Source of the DNA: Candidatus Uhrbacteria bacterium RIFOXYB12_FULL_58_10 | Lineage (GTDB): Bacteria; Patescibacteriota; Patescibacteriia; UBA9934; GWF2-40-263 | Assembly: GCA_943354165.1 (NCBI GenBank) | Contig: CALRBH010000001.1 | Location: forward strand, 16,828-80,827 | Reading direction: 5' to 3' | DNA: 64,000 nucleotides | Part shown: positions 1 to 10,216 of the stretch, in pieces | Layout of the letters: every line of letters starts with the position of its first letter | How positions within the stretch are numbered: the stretch's first letter is position 1 | Translations under genes and position numbers: made by a program | Notes under the pieces: generated by a model | What the model was told of the DNA's origin: nothing | What the model saw: only the letters and a program-made list of their open reading frames with translations | Databases searched by the model: none

Positions 1-261
1 ATTGAGCGCGTACTAAAGTCTGGGGGGGAGGGTGTGAAAATTACGCTCGGCGGACGTCTCAACGGGGCAGAAATCGCCCGTGTTGAAACGCTCGGCAGCG
101 GAAAGATTCCTCTTCACAACTTGCGCGCGGATATCGATTTCGCTCGCGAGACGGCTTTCACCATCTACGGAACCATCGGTATTAAAGTGTGGATTAACCG
201 CGGCGAAAAGTTCGCTCGCGACGCCAAGGCCGCGGCTGACAAAGCCAAAGCAACGATTTAA
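1..261 (+). CDS. rpsC: 30S ribosomal protein S3, 3' part (cut by window edge)
   Basis: [10 protein letters not shown]...[12 protein letters not shown]...[10 protein letters not shown] motif; lies upstream of rplP. Confidence 0.97.
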   Translation: MERVLKSGGEGVKITLGGRLNGAEIARVETLGSGKIPLHNLRADIDFARETAFTIYGTIGIKVWINRGEKFARDAKAAADKAKATI

Positions 262-273
262 GCGAACCGACCT

Positions 274-693
274 ATGTTGATTCCGAAAAAGGTCAAACAT
301 CGAAAGTGGCACAAGGGGCGAGCTCGCGGAAAGCGAGTCGCCACCCAGAAAATTCGTCTTGCTTTCGGGTCCTATGGGCTCAAGGCAATGACGGAAGGAT
401 GGGTGAACTCGCGCCAGATTGAAGCCGCCCGCCGCGCGATGACTCGCGCGCTCAAGCGTGGGGGAAAAATCTGGATTCGTATCTTCCCTGACCACCCGAT
501 CACTTCCAAAGGCGCTGAAATGCCGATGGGTAAAGGTAAAGGTGCCGTGGACTACTACGTGAGCGCCGTCCGCCCGGGAACCATCATGTTCGAGATGGAC
601 GGAGTGGATGACGTCCTTGCGCGTGAAGCCATGAACCTGGCTGCCCATAAGCTCCCGGTGAGGACGAAAGTCGTCACTCGAGACTCTCTCTAA
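274..693 (+). CDS. rplP: 50S ribosomal protein L16
   Basis: [34 protein letters not shown] motifs; operon order. Confidence 0.98.
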   Translation: MLIPKKVKHRKWHKGRARGKRVATQKIRLAFGSYGLKAMTEGWVNSRQIEAARRAMTRALKRGGKIWIRIFPDHPITSKGAEMPMGKGKGAVDYYVSAVRPGTIMFEMDGVDDVLAREAMNLAAHKLPVRTKVVTRDSL

Positions 694-703
694 TCAATCG
701 TGT

Positions 704-916
704 ATGGCCGACGAGATCAAAACAATGCAGAACATGACACCCTCGGCACGGGCGAAGGAAATTTCCCTCTCCCAGGCTCGTGTGCAGGAACTTCGTTTTT
801 CCTCACGCACTGGCCGCTTGAAAGGTGTGCGCGAGCTGCGCGAGGCGCGCCGCCATCTCGCCCGGCTCCTCACGGTTGAAAACGCCTCCGTCGCGCTGAG
901 CGCGGCCTCCAAGTAA
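704..916 (+). CDS. rpmC: 50S ribosomal protein L29
   Basis: 70 aa, ELRF...LREARRHLARLLT; between rplP and rpsQ. Confidence 0.9.
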   Translation: MADEIKTMQNMTPSARAKEISLSQARVQELRFSSRTGRLKGVRELREARRHLARLLTVENASVALSAASK

Positions 917-921
917 TCGCT

Positions 922-1185
922 ATGACCACTTCTACCACTCCAATTACGAACCACCGCACCCTTACCGGGGTTGTCGTCTCCGACAAGATGAATAAAACCA
1001 TCGTTGTCAAAGTCGACCGCACGATCGTGCACCCCAAGTACGGCAAGCGTTACGTCATGAGCCGCCGTTTCAAGGTTCATGATGAGACGAATGCCCACAA
1101 GGTCGGGGAGACCGTGCATTTCGTAGAGACACGTCCGATCTCGCGCGATAAGCGCTGGAAGGTTCTCGATACCAAAAACGCCTAA
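922..1185 (+). CDS. rpsQ: 30S ribosomal protein S17
   Basis: GVVVSDKMNKTIVV, HPKYGK, ETRPISRDKRW. Confidence 0.98.
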   Translation: MTTSTTPITNHRTLTGVVVSDKMNKTIVVKVDRTIVHPKYGKRYVMSRRFKVHDETNAHKVGETVHFVETRPISRDKRWKVLDTKNA

Positions 1186-1189
1186 CCCT

Positions 1190-1561
1190 ATGGTTCAACA
1201 TCGCACCATGCTGAAAGTAGCCGATAATACTGGGGCCCAACAGCTTCAGGTGATTCGGGTACGTGGCGGCTATAAAAAGGGAACGGCCGGTCTCGGGGAT
1301 CTCGTGAACGCTGTGGTAAAGAAGGCGATTCCTCACGGTGCCGTGAAGAAAAGCGACGTGGTGACCTGTGTCATCGTACGTGTACGTAAGGAGACCCGCC
1401 GCAAGGATGGAACTTACGTCCGGTTCGAAGAAAATGCCGGAGTGATCGTGGATCCAAAGACGAAGGATCCTAAGGGCACCCGCATCTTTGGACCAATTCC
1501 ACGCGAACTGCGCTCCATGGGATTCGGAAAAATTATTTCATTGGCTCCTGAGGTTCTCTAA
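1190..1561 (+). CDS. rplN: 50S ribosomal protein L14
   Basis: [29 protein letters not shown]. Confidence 0.98.
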   Translation: MVQHRTMLKVADNTGAQQLQVIRVRGGYKKGTAGLGDLVNAVVKKAIPHGAVKKSDVVTCVIVRVRKETRRKDGTYVRFEENAGVIVDPKTKDPKGTRIFGPIPRELRSMGFGKIISLAPEVL

Positions 1562-1570
1562 CCCACCCGT

Positions 1571-1888
1571 ATGAAGATCAAAACTGGCGACAATGTCCGT
1601 GTCAGCACGGGCAAATATACGGGGAAGGAAGGGAAAGTTCTTCAGGTATTTCCACAGATCAATCGCGTCGTCGTCGAAGGCGTGAACATGACAAAAAAGC
1701 ATTTGAAGTCGCGCGGCGGCAAGGGGCAGATCGTGGATTTCCCCTCACCGATCCACGCATCAAACGTCTCCGTCGTTTCCGGGTCCGGAAAAACGGGACG
1801 GGTCGGCTATAAATTCATCGAGAAAGGCGGCGCCAAGGAAAAGGTTCGCGTAGTGCGATCCAAGGGGCGTTCCGAAGATCTCGGGTAA
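1571..1888 (+). CDS. rplX: 50S ribosomal protein L24
   Basis: KIKTGDNV..GK..GKEGKV KOW motif, PIHASNV. Confidence 0.97.
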   Translation: MKIKTGDNVRVSTGKYTGKEGKVLQVFPQINRVVVEGVNMTKKHLKSRGGKGQIVDFPSPIHASNVSVVSGSGKTGRVGYKFIEKGGAKEKVRVVRSKGRSEDLG

Positions 1889-1897
1889 CCTCCAGGT

Positions 1898-2443
1898 ATG
1901 TCATTCAAAGAACATTACCGCACAAAGGTGATCCCGGAGCTCATGAAAGAGTTCGGGTATAAGAACCCGCACGCCGTGCCTGCGGTCAAAATGATCACAC
2001 TCAATATCGGTCTCGGGAAAGGGCTCAAGGACGCAAAATATCTTGAAACAACCGAAAGCACTCTGCGCCGCATTACGGGTGCTCAGCCAGTAAAGACACT
2101 TTCTCGTAAATCCATCTCCAACTTCAAAATTCGTGAGGGGATGGCTGTAGGGATGAAGGTGACACTGCGTGGAACACGCATGTGGGATTTCCTCGAGAAG
2201 CTCGTAAAGATCTCGATTCCGCGCATGCAGGACTTCCGCGGTCTCTCTCCAAAGAGCTTCGATGGTCAGGGTAACTACTCGCTCGGATTCACGGAGCACA
2301 TGGCCTTCCCAGAAATCCGTACAGATGAAATCGAAGTCGTTCACGGCATGCAGCTCACGATCGTCACAAGTGCAAAGTCAACTCCGGAAGCTAGGGCTCT
2401 CCTTAAAGGCCTGGGTTTCCCCTTTACGGACGAAACTAAGTAA
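1898..2443 (+). CDS. rplE: 50S ribosomal protein L5
   Basis: [24 protein letters not shown]. Confidence 0.98.
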   Translation: MSFKEHYRTKVIPELMKEFGYKNPHAVPAVKMITLNIGLGKGLKDAKYLETTESTLRRITGAQPVKTLSRKSISNFKIREGMAVGMKVTLRGTRMWDFLEKLVKISIPRMQDFRGLSPKSFDGQGNYSLGFTEHMAFPEIRTDEIEVVHGMQLTIVTSAKSTPEARALLKGLGFPFTDETK

Positions 2444-2445
2444 GT

Positions 2446-2631
2446 ATGGCAACCGCAAACCAAGTTGCAAAATCCGCCCGCAAGCCAAAGTTCTCGACTC
2501 GCATCGTGAATCGTTGCTGGCGCTGTGGCCGTAAGCGCGCGTTTATGCGCCGCTTCCAGCTCTGCCGCATCTGCTTCCGCGAGCTCGCGAACCGTGGAGA
2601 AATTCCGGGCGTTACTAAGGCCAGCTGGTAA
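2446..2631 (+). CDS. rpsN: 30S ribosomal protein S14, zinc-binding type Z
   Basis: 61 aa, CxxC...CRICFRELA, ends KASW. Confidence 0.97.
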   Translation: MATANQVAKSARKPKFSTRIVNRCWRCGRKRAFMRRFQLCRICFRELANRGEIPGVTKASW

Positions 2632-2642
2632 ACGAGATCTGT

Positions 2643-3035
2643 ATGATTAACGACCCAATTGCCGACATGCTCACCCGGATCCGGAACGCTATTGCCGCGC
2701 GCAAGAGCGAGGTTGACGTACCCGCATCCATGGTGAAAGAGGCGATCGCACAGATTCTCGTGCGTGAAGGTTTCCTTGCCCGCGTCGAACGGGTGGGCGA
2801 AATGCCGCACGCTATGCTTCATCTTACCTTTGCGTTTGATGCAAGCCAGCCAAAGATCCGCGATTTGAAGCGTATCTCCAAGTCCGGTCAACGCGTGTAC
2901 GCGAAGGCTACTGAGCTCCCACGTGTCATGTCCGGTCTCGGAATTGCTATTATTTCCACACCGAACGGGCTCATGACTAATAAGGAAGCTCGCTCGCGTC
3001 GCCTCGGGGGAGAAGTTATTTGCGAAGTGTTCTAA
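2643..3035 (+). CDS. rpsH: 30S ribosomal protein S8
   Basis: DPIADMLTRIRNA, GLGIAIIST, GGEVIC. Confidence 0.98.
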   Translation: MINDPIADMLTRIRNAIAARKSEVDVPASMVKEAIAQILVREGFLARVERVGEMPHAMLHLTFAFDASQPKIRDLKRISKSGQRVYAKATELPRVMSGLGIAIISTPNGLMTNKEARSRRLGGEVICEVF

Positions 3036-3045
3036 TCGACCCCAT

Positions 3046-3603
3046 ATGTCCCGCATTGGTAAACAACCTGTTATCCTTCCCGAGAAGGTAGAGGCATCCG
3101 TACAAGGCCACACTGTTACAGTGAAAGGCCCAAAAGGTTCGCTTTCCCAAGCCTTCAACGAATCGGTGACGGTCACTGTTGGTGATTTTGAGGGGAAGCC
3201 AGCGCTCAACGTAGACGTCGTGAATCACGAACTCGTTTCCGATCGAGCTCACTGGGGAACTGCTCGCGCAATCCTCGCCAATATGGTGGAAGGGGTTGTG
3301 ACAGGGTTTTCAAAAAAACTTGAGGTGAACGGGGTCGGGTATCGTGTAGCTCTCTCCGGGAATAAGCTCGTGCTCACTCTGGGATTCAGTCATGATATCG
3401 ACATGATTATTCCAGAAGGAGTAACAGCAACGGTAGAGAAAAACATCATTACCATCACAGGGATAGACAAGCAGATGGTGGGTGAACTTGCCGCCAGCAT
3501 CCGAAAAATGAAGAAGCCGGAACCCTATAAGGGCAAAGGCATCAAGTACATCGACGAGGTCGTACGCCGCAAGGCAGGTAAGGCCGCGAAGACCGGCGAA
3601 TAA
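3046..3603 (+). CDS. rplF: 50S ribosomal protein L6
   Basis: [17 protein letters not shown]. Confidence 0.98.
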   Translation: MSRIGKQPVILPEKVEASVQGHTVTVKGPKGSLSQAFNESVTVTVGDFEGKPALNVDVVNHELVSDRAHWGTARAILANMVEGVVTGFSKKLEVNGVGYRVALSGNKLVLTLGFSHDIDMIIPEGVTATVEKNIITITGIDKQMVGELAASIRKMKKPEPYKGKGIKYIDEVVRRKAGKAAKTGE

Positions 3604-3611
3604 TCCCTCCT

Positions 3612-3965
3612 ATGGATTCCATCAAACACAAGCGAACACTCGCGGCCCGTCGCGCCAAGCGCACCCGCGCCACTATTCACGGTACCTCCGAGGTTCCTCG
3701 GCTTTCCGTTAAGCGCAGCTTGAAGCACATCTACGCCCAGCTCATCGATGACACCGTTGGAAAGACGCTTGCCGCCGCATCGAACAAGGATGTGAAGGTA
3801 GATGGAAAGAAAACGGACGTCGCGAAGGAAGTGGGAAAGATCGTTGCGGAGCGCGCAAAGGCGAAGGGGATTGAACGCGTAGTGTTTGACCGCGGATCCG
3901 CTCGCTATCACGGACGCGTCGCTGCACTTGCTGACGGCGCCCGCGAAGGGGGCCTGAAGTTCTAA
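3612..3965 (+). CDS. rplR: 50S ribosomal protein L18
   Basis: [27 protein letters not shown]. Confidence 0.98.
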   Translation: MDSIKHKRTLAARRAKRTRATIHGTSEVPRLSVKRSLKHIYAQLIDDTVGKTLAAASNKDVKVDGKKTDVAKEVGKIVAERAKAKGIERVVFDRGSARYHGRVAALADGAREGGLKF

Positions 3966-3987
3966 GGGACCAGACATTACCTATATT

Positions 3988-4614
3988 ATGGAACCCAAGA
4001 AAACAACTTCAACCGGTGGTCGCCCAGGAATGGGTGCCGGAGGTCGTCCAGGTGGCCAAGGTGGTCGCCCAGGCGGTCGTCCAGGTGGCGGTGGAGGTGG
4101 CCGTGGTGGTCGCCGCGATGACCGCGAGCCAAAAGAGTTCGAGCAGAAGATTCTCGAGCTTAACCGCGTGACCCGTGTGACCGCTGGAGGAAAGCGCATG
4201 TCCTTCCGTGCCGCGCTTGTTATTGGGGATAAGAAAGGCCGCGTAGGATTCGGTGTTGCAAAGGGTGCGGACGTCGCTCTCTCTGTGGACAAGGCTTACC
4301 GTCAGGCCAAGAAAAAGCTCGTGAAGGTTCCCATGGTGAACGGCACGATCCCTCACATGGTTTTGTATAAATTCGGTTCCGCTCAAGTCCTCATGAAGCC
4401 GGCTCCTAAGGGAACTGGGTTGAAGTGTGGTGGAGCGTTGCGTGTGGTATTTGAACTTGCCGGCGTTCCAAACGCCGTTTCCAAGGTTCTCAATTCAAAA
4501 AACAAGATTAACATTGCTCGCGCAACCATCCTTGCGATTGGCAAGCTGCGCACTCCGGCTCCACGAAAAATCGTAGAATCGAAGCCAGTCGCAGAAGCTA
4601 AAGTGGCTGAATAA
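3988..4614 (+). CDS. rpsE: 30S ribosomal protein S5 with Gly/Arg/Pro-rich N-terminal extension
   Basis: RVTRVTAGGKRMSF, GRVGFG, PAPKGTG. Confidence 0.97.
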   Translation: MEPKKTTSTGGRPGMGAGGRPGGQGGRPGGRPGGGGGGRGGRRDDREPKEFEQKILELNRVTRVTAGGKRMSFRAALVIGDKKGRVGFGVAKGADVALSVDKAYRQAKKKLVKVPMVNGTIPHMVLYKFGSAQVLMKPAPKGTGLKCGGALRVVFELAGVPNAVSKVLNSKNKINIARATILAIGKLRTPAPRKIVESKPVAEAKVAE

Positions 4615-4622
4615 CCCCACGT

Positions 4623-5060
4623 ATGTCTTTGTCTCTCCATACCATCGGCCCGGCTAAGGGCTCAAAGAAAGCTTCCAAGCGCGTTGGACGCGGTCTCGCC
4701 AAGGGCGGAACCTACTCCGGTCGTGGAAGCAAAGGTCAGCGCGCCCGCTCCGGCGGAAAGGCTGGCTTGAAGCTCCGCGGGTTGCGCAACATCATGCTTT
4801 CCATGCCAAAGTCGCGTGGGTTTAAGAGCATTGCAAACCCAATGGCTGTTGTGAATGTTGGCGATCTCGCTCTGGCATTTCCAGACGGATCTACCATCAC
4901 CCCAAAGATGATCGTGAAGCGCGGTCTCATTCGTTCCGCAGAACACGGCGTGAAGGTTCTCGGTGCTGGAGAAATCGGCATCAAACTTACTCTCAAAGAG
5001 CTTGCGGTGTCCGCATCAGCTAAGGAGAAGATTGAGAAAGCTGGCGGTACCGTTGCCTAA
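4623..5060 (+). CDS. rplO: 50S ribosomal protein L15
   Basis: RVGRG..GTYSGRGSKGQRAR, SAKEKIEKAGG. Confidence 0.97.
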   Translation: MSLSLHTIGPAKGSKKASKRVGRGLAKGGTYSGRGSKGQRARSGGKAGLKLRGLRNIMLSMPKSRGFKSIANPMAVVNVGDLALAFPDGSTITPKMIVKRGLIRSAEHGVKVLGAGEIGIKLTLKELAVSASAKEKIEKAGGTVA

Positions 5061-5068
5061 CGCCCACT

Positions 5069-6337
5069 ATGTTTCCCATCCGTCGCATTTGGAAGACTCC
5101 CGAGGTTCGCAACAGCTTGCTGTTCGTCTTCGCCATGCTTGTCATCTTCCGCCTGGCGGCGCACGTAGTCGTTCCGGGCATTGATTCGACCGCGATCGCT
5201 TCGTTCTTCCAGAACAACCAGTTGTTCGGGCTCTTGAACGTGTTTTCCGGAGGCACCCTTAGTAATTTTTCTGTCGTGGCGCTTGGGGTTGCCCCGTACA
5301 TTACTGCTTCCATTATCTTCCAGCTTCTCGGCATGATCGTGCCTAAGTTTGAGGAGATGCAGAAGGAAGAGCAGGGCCGTGCCCGCATCAATCGCTGGAC
5401 GCGCTTCCTCACTGTGCCACTCGCTATTTTGCAGGCATACAGCCTTATTCTTCTGTTCCGCCAGCAAGCTACCGGCGCCCTGTTTACGGATACCAGCACC
5501 TTCACCACGATTCTTGCGATCGCAAGTCTTACGGCTGGTACTGTCTTCCTGATGTGGCTCGGTGAGCTCATCTCGGAAAAGAAAGTTGGTAACGGCGTGT
5601 CCATCATCATCTTCGCTGGGATTATCGCAGGGCTTCCGAACCTTGCTCAGCAAGCGTTCGCTCTCTACGATCCGAGCCAGCTCATCACCGCGATCCTCTT
5701 TGTCGCCGCCATCATTGCGACGATTGTCGGGATCGTGATCATGAACGAAGCACAGCGGAAGATTCCGGTGCAGTATGCTCGTCAGACGCAGGGCTCCAAG
5801 CTCGCCTCCTCGGTGGCTTCCTTCCTGCCGCTTAAGCTCAACCTTGGCGGCGTGATCCCGATCATCTTTGCGATCTCGGTGATCCTGTTCCCAACCGTGT
5901 TCGCGCAGTTCTTCGTGAACGCGCGCACGCCGTTGGTCCGCGACATCGCCACTTGGACCCTCGCCACGTTCCAGAACCAGACGGTGTACAGCATCGTCTT
6001 CTTCTCCCTCGTGTTCCTCTTCACCTACTTCTACGCGTCTGTCATTTTCCAGCCTGACCGTGTGGCAGAGAACCTCCAGAAGCAGGGCGGGTTCATCCCA
6101 GGCATTCGCCCAGGAGCCCCAACCGCGGCGTACCTCGGATGGGTCACCAACCGACTCCTCCTCGCCGGCGCGCTCTTCCTCGGGATCATCGCCATTCTCC
6201 CTTCGCTTGTTCAGCAGGCTACGGGGAACGCGAACCTCCTGGTGGGAGGTACCTCGATCCTCATTGTGGTATCGGTCGTGATCGACTCGGTAAAACAAAT
6301 CGAAGCGCAGCTGACGATGCGCGAGTACGACGCATAA
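5069..6337 (+). CDS. secY: Preprotein translocase subunit SecY
   Basis: ALGVAPYITASII, GNGVSIII, GGFIPGIRPG, GGTSILIVV. Confidence 0.98.
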   Translation: MFPIRRIWKTPEVRNSLLFVFAMLVIFRLAAHVVVPGIDSTAIASFFQNNQLFGLLNVFSGGTLSNFSVVALGVAPYITASIIFQLLGMIVPKFEEMQKEEQGRARINRWTRFLTVPLAILQAYSLILLFRQQATGALFTDTSTFTTILAIASLTAGTVFLMWLGELISEKKVGNGVSIIIFAGIIAGLPNLAQQAFALYDPSQLITAILFVAAIIATIVGIVIMNEAQRKIPVQYARQTQGSKLASSVASFLPLKLNLGGVIPIIFAISVILFPTVFAQFFVNARTPLVRDIATWTLATFQNQTVYSIVFFSLVFLFTYFYASVIFQPDRVAENLQKQGGFIPGIRPGAPTAAYLGWVTNRLLLAGALFLGIIAILPSLVQQATGNANLLVGGTSILIVVSVVIDSVKQIEAQLTMREYDA

Positions 6338-6343
6338 GTTTAG

Positions 6344-6372
6344 GAAAGGCCCGGCAACTCGTCGGGCCTTTC
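6344..6372 (+). terminator. Hairpin after secY
   Basis: GAAAGGCCCGGC...GTCGGGCCTTTC inverted repeat 7 nt after the secY stop. Confidence 0.6.
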
Positions 6373-6405
6373 GCTTTGAGTGACCCCTGCTATAATCATT
6401 CCGCT

Positions 6406-7038
6406 ATGAACAAACCGCTCAAGATCCTTTTGCTCGGCCCCCAGGGAAGTGGGAAGGGAACACAGTCTAAACTGCTTGAGGAGGAACTGCACATTCCCGC
6501 GTTCAGCATGGGTCAGCTGCTTCGCGATGAGGTGACGACGGGGAGTGATCTTGGAAAAGAAATTGATGCAGTACAGAAGGCTGGTACTCTCACGACCGAT
6601 ATCACCGCGGCCAAGGTACTGAAAGCTCGTCTGGAGAAATCAGATGCACAAAACGGATATGTCCTCGACGGGTATCCTCGCAGCTTTGATCAAGCGAAGG
6701 CATTCACGTTTGATAAGCCAACACATGTCGTCGTGATCGAAATTCCAAAAGATGAATCCATGCGTCGTCTTTCGGGCCGGCTTACCTGCTTTAAGTGCGG
6801 GAGAGTTTACAGTACCAACGATGGCCACAAGGCGGATGATGCTTGCGAATGCGGCGGAAAGATGGAAGTGCGCAAGGATGATACGAAAGAGGCGATTGAA
6901 CGTCGGCTTCAGATCTATCTAGACGAGACAGAACCGCTCATCGCCCATTATGGGTCTCAGGGATTGGTTCGTCGCATCGATGGAGTTGGTGCCGTTGAGG
7001 ACATTCACCTGCGCATCGTAAAGGCGCTTGAAGCCTAA
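6406..7038 (+). CDS. adk: Adenylate kinase with Zn-binding LID
   Basis: GPQGSGKGTQ P-loop, LDGYPR, CxxC...CxC lid; ATG 6406 lies 9 nt after TATAAT (6391-6396). Confidence 0.95.
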   Translation: MNKPLKILLLGPQGSGKGTQSKLLEEELHIPAFSMGQLLRDEVTTGSDLGKEIDAVQKAGTLTTDITAAKVLKARLEKSDAQNGYVLDGYPRSFDQAKAFTFDKPTHVVVIEIPKDESMRRLSGRLTCFKCGRVYSTNDGHKADDACECGGKMEVRKDDTKEAIERRLQIYLDETEPLIAHYGSQGLVRRIDGVGAVEDIHLRIVKALEA

Positions 7039-7116
7039 GACCATCGACAAATACCCGGAAACGGGTATTTTGTTTTGGCAGCGAATGTCAGGAAACTTCA
7101 ACACAGGGTGGTTATC

Positions 7117-7323
7117 ATGCCCATGTCAAAAGAAGATCTCGAAGCCTGGACGAAAAAAGTTCGGCAGCGTTTCGCGAGAGGAGGGATGGGTACAGCCAGC
7201 GCATCGAGGCGGATCCACGAGGTAAACGAGGAGGACAAGTGGTCATTCGATAGCGCCCTCGAGCACCTTGACCAGGAAGAGGCAGAAGCACAGACGGTGG
7301 AGGACAAAAAGAACATCAACTGA
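7117..7323 (+). CDS. Small hypothetical protein
   Basis: MPMSKEDLEAW... charged 68-aa ORF followed by a GC hairpin and T-run near 7354-7385. Confidence 0.45.
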   Translation: MPMSKEDLEAWTKKVRQRFARGGMGTASASRRIHEVNEEDKWSFDSALEHLDQEEAEAQTVEDKKNIN

Positions 7324-7627
7324 CCCCTCGCCCACGTCGGCGACGGTCCTGCGAAAGCCCCCACACGGAGGGCTTTTTCATTTTGCCAACATACATGAAG
7401 ACTGGTATGTCCGTTTACTCAACGGACATATAGGAGGAAATTTGGACAACAACACCTAACCGTCGGTGACGGAAATTCGCAATGAAGTGCTCGATACTCA
7501 TTCGAGAAAGGAGAAACTCATGGACGACGGTACCTGATCTCAGGTCGTTGTAGACGATCAACCAGCCCTGCTCACGGGGGCTTTTTGTTTTTGACTCCTT
7601 ACTGCATTACATTTATAATGCACGCAT

Positions 7628-7867
7628 ATGCAAACACGCACATCGATCTCCTTTAACCTTCCAGCCAGGGAAGCTACAAGGACGAAGAAGCTTGCCAGGA
7701 AGCGTGGATTTCCTTCCACCGCGGAATACATCCGATATCTTATTTCGCAGGACGACGAAGTCCTTATTAGCGAGGATGAATTGTACAAGCGTCAGGAAGA
7801 GGCTGAGCAACTCTATAAGGCGGGGAAGTTCATTAAGGCAAAGTCGGTGGCCGACCTCCTAAAGTAG
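7628..7867 (+). CDS. Putative antitoxin, ribbon-helix-helix-like
   Basis: beta-alpha-alpha pattern TSISFNLP...LARKRG..STAEYIRYLI, C-terminal AGKFIKAKSVADL; 1 nt from toxin gene. Confidence 0.7.
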   Translation: MQTRTSISFNLPAREATRTKKLARKRGFPSTAEYIRYLISQDDEVLISEDELYKRQEEAEQLYKAGKFIKAKSVADLLK

Positions 7868-7868
7868 T

Positions 7869-8135
7869 ATGGTGGTTCGTACCATCATCTATCACGAATC
7901 TTTCAAAAAGGAATTGAGGGATTTGCCGGCAGACATCCAGCAACGTGTCGTTAAGACCGACAGGATGTTCAGGGATAATCCACTCCACCCCTCTTTGCGG
8001 TTGCATCAACTGAGTGGCCGAATGAAACCATCTTGGTCCCTCTCGGTGACACTGAAGATCCGTATGATTTTCGTTCGCTTAGCCAATGGAACGATCATGT
8101 TTACATCGGTTGGCAACCACGACATTTACCGGTAG
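7869..8135 (+). CDS. RelE/YafQ-superfamily mRNA interferase toxin
   Basis: SFKKEL..LP, NPLHPSLRLHQLSG, WSLSV...R, VGNHDIY. Confidence 0.85.
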   Translation: MVVRTIIYHESFKKELRDLPADIQQRVVKTDRMFRDNPLHPSLRLHQLSGRMKPSWSLSVTLKIRMIFVRLANGTIMFTSVGNHDIYR

Positions 8136-8147
8136 GGTACACGCATT

Positions 8148-8924
8148 ATGGCCATGACTAAAACTCCTCAAGAAATCGAAAAGATGCGCGCCGGTGGCGC
8201 GCTGCTTTCGCGTGCGCTCAAAGCGGCGGTCGATGAGGTTCGTCCGGGTGTTATGATCGCCGACATCGACGCGGCGGCGGAGAAAGTCATTCGCGATGGT
8301 GGCGGCGAACCGTCGTTCAAAGGATACAAAACAGACCCATCGGACCCACCGTTTCCATCGACGGTTTGTATTTCGATCAACCACGAAGTTGTACATGGAA
8401 CGGCCGATCGTCCAATTGCTCTCAAGGAAGGGGACATCGTCGGTCTCGACATTGGGTGTTGGTACGAAGGGCTGTGTACGGATATGGCCGTTTCAGTTCC
8501 TGTCGGGAAGGTTTCGCATAAGGCGATGGAACTCATGAAGGTGACGCGTGCTTCGCTTGAGGCGGGGATCGCGGCGGTGAAGATCGATGGGTATGTCGAA
8601 GATATTTCTCGTGCCGTCGAAAGTTACATCAAGCCTCATCACTATGGGATCGTTCGTGCGCTTGTAGGCCATGGCGTCGGGCACAAGGTCCACGAATCGC
8701 CGCATGTGCCGAACTTTGTTGATCCTCGCTATCCGCGCGTGAAGCTCAAGGAAGGGATGTGTCTTGCGATTGAGCCGATGGTCACACTTGGGGATTGGCA
8801 CGTGGAAACTGCCGATGACGGGTGGACGGTGGTGACGAAGGACGGGTCGCTCGCGGCGCATTTTGAGATGACGATTGCTCTCACGAAAAACGGCGTAGAA
8901 ATTCTTACACCATTGCCGGTTTAA
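8148..8924 (+). CDS. map: Methionine aminopeptidase type I
   Basis: CISINHEVVHG, GHGVG..VHE, LAIEPM, AHFE. Confidence 0.97.
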   Translation: MAMTKTPQEIEKMRAGGALLSRALKAAVDEVRPGVMIADIDAAAEKVIRDGGGEPSFKGYKTDPSDPPFPSTVCISINHEVVHGTADRPIALKEGDIVGLDIGCWYEGLCTDMAVSVPVGKVSHKAMELMKVTRASLEAGIAAVKIDGYVEDISRAVESYIKPHHYGIVRALVGHGVGHKVHESPHVPNFVDPRYPRVKLKEGMCLAIEPMVTLGDWHVETADDGWTVVTKDGSLAAHFEMTIALTKNGVEILTPLPV

Positions 8925-8926
8925 CT

Positions 8927-9337
8927 ATGCGCATCCTTGGAATTGATTACGGCGACAAGAAGATCGGTCTTGCGTTTGCGGAATCCGAATCGGGAATCGC
9001 GGTGCCACTCGAAGTCGTCCCAAACATGGGGGAGCAGACCATCGCGACGTTTGCGAAGAATGCCAGTAAGGAAGACATCGACGTGATCGTTGTCGGAGTT
9101 CCTCTCGCTCAAGGCGGACGACACGGATCTGCGCAGCTCGAAAAGACGCGCGTGTTTATTCGGGCCCTCGAAGCGGCGACATCGATTCCTGTCGTCGAAG
9201 AGGATGAAAGCTATACGACAGCCGAGAGCCTTCGCCTGCAGCAAGAAGAGGGGGCAGGAGCTGAAGAGGACGCGCTCGCCGCTATGCTCATCCTTCGCGG
9301 ATATTTGGAACGATTGGGAAGCGAAGATCAGCTCTAG
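8927..9337 (+). CDS. ruvX: YqgF/RuvX pre-16S rRNA nuclease
   Basis: ILGIDYGDKKIGLA, VVGVP, DESYTT, DALAAMLIL. Confidence 0.93.
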   Translation: MRILGIDYGDKKIGLAFAESESGIAVPLEVVPNMGEQTIATFAKNASKEDIDVIVVGVPLAQGGRHGSAQLEKTRVFIRALEAATSIPVVEEDESYTTAESLRLQQEEGAGAEEDALAAMLILRGYLERLGSEDQL

Positions 9338-9339
9338 TC

Positions 9340-10110
9340 ATGGCCACATTATTTTCCACCACCGGCATCGTCCTTTCGCAGAGAAACCACCGCGAAGCGG
9401 ACCGGTGGTATTCGGCGTTTACGCCGGAGCACGGGAAGATCGAGTTTCTTGCGCGTGGTGGGCACAAGCCTTTAGCGAAGCTCACTCCTCACCTTGAAAT
9501 GCCGGCGGAGGTCGAATTTCTGCTTGTCGACGGTCGCGCGTATCTTACGGTAGCTGGGACTGATCGACGTAGAGCCTTTTCGAACATCTACACCGACTAC
9601 TCACGTCTCTCGCTTGCGCAGAGCGCACTTTCTCTTACTGATCTCGCAACGCGTCCACAGGAAGCTGACCCTGCGCTTTATGATACGCTCGTGCGCTTTC
9701 TTTCTTTTATCGACGCTGCTCCTGATTTTTCTACGGAGCGCGCCGCATTTCTTCTCTCGTCGTTCACGCTCAAGCTTCTTGCACTTACTGGGTATCGTCC
9801 AGAGCTTGAACGATGTTTGCACTGTAAGAATTCCATCGCGCAGGGGCAGTACCGATGGCACGCCGTGAAAGGGGGAGTGGTGTGTATGCCGTGCGCGACC
9901 GGTTCGTCGGAAGAATGGTTTGCCGCGCGTTCGATTCCGGACGAAGCGCTGAAGCTTTTGCGCTTTGCGTTATTCGAACCATTCGAATCGCAGATTAAGC
10001 CGTTTCTTTCTGCCGAAGCGATCTTGCCGTATCACGATCTTGTCGAATCACTCGTTATTTCGCACTTCCCAGCGATCCCGGCGTGTTCGCTTCGTAGTGC
10101 GTGTTCGTAG
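9340..10110 (+). CDS. recO: DNA repair protein RecO
   Basis: GIVL...EADR, GKI..ARG OB-fold; GYRPEL..CxxC...GGVVCxxC zinc finger. Confidence 0.92.
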   Translation: MATLFSTTGIVLSQRNHREADRWYSAFTPEHGKIEFLARGGHKPLAKLTPHLEMPAEVEFLLVDGRAYLTVAGTDRRRAFSNIYTDYSRLSLAQSALSLTDLATRPQEADPALYDTLVRFLSFIDAAPDFSTERAAFLLSSFTLKLLALTGYRPELERCLHCKNSIAQGQYRWHAVKGGVVCMPCATGSSEEWFAARSIPDEALKLLRFALFEPFESQIKPFLSAEAILPYHDLVESLVISHFPAIPACSLRSACS

Positions 10111-10216
10111 TGCGTTGAGTTCCTTCGTCGTTGAGACTCCTCAGGATGGCAATGAAATTGAGATTTCATTGCCATTTCCTGCCGGTTTGCTACAATCTTG
10201 GGGTTATTTTCGCATT

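Noticed and set aside
4014-4120. GGRPG repeats in rpsE
   Set aside because: Low-complexity protein extension, common in S5 N-termini; not a DNA element.
4614-4623. Missing rpmD (L30) between rpsE and rplO
   Set aside because: Real, but an established CPR trait; used only as a taxonomic clue.
7335-7473. Two CGTCGGYGACGG motifs (~7336 and ~7461)
   Set aside because: Only two short copies; not enough to call an array or operator.
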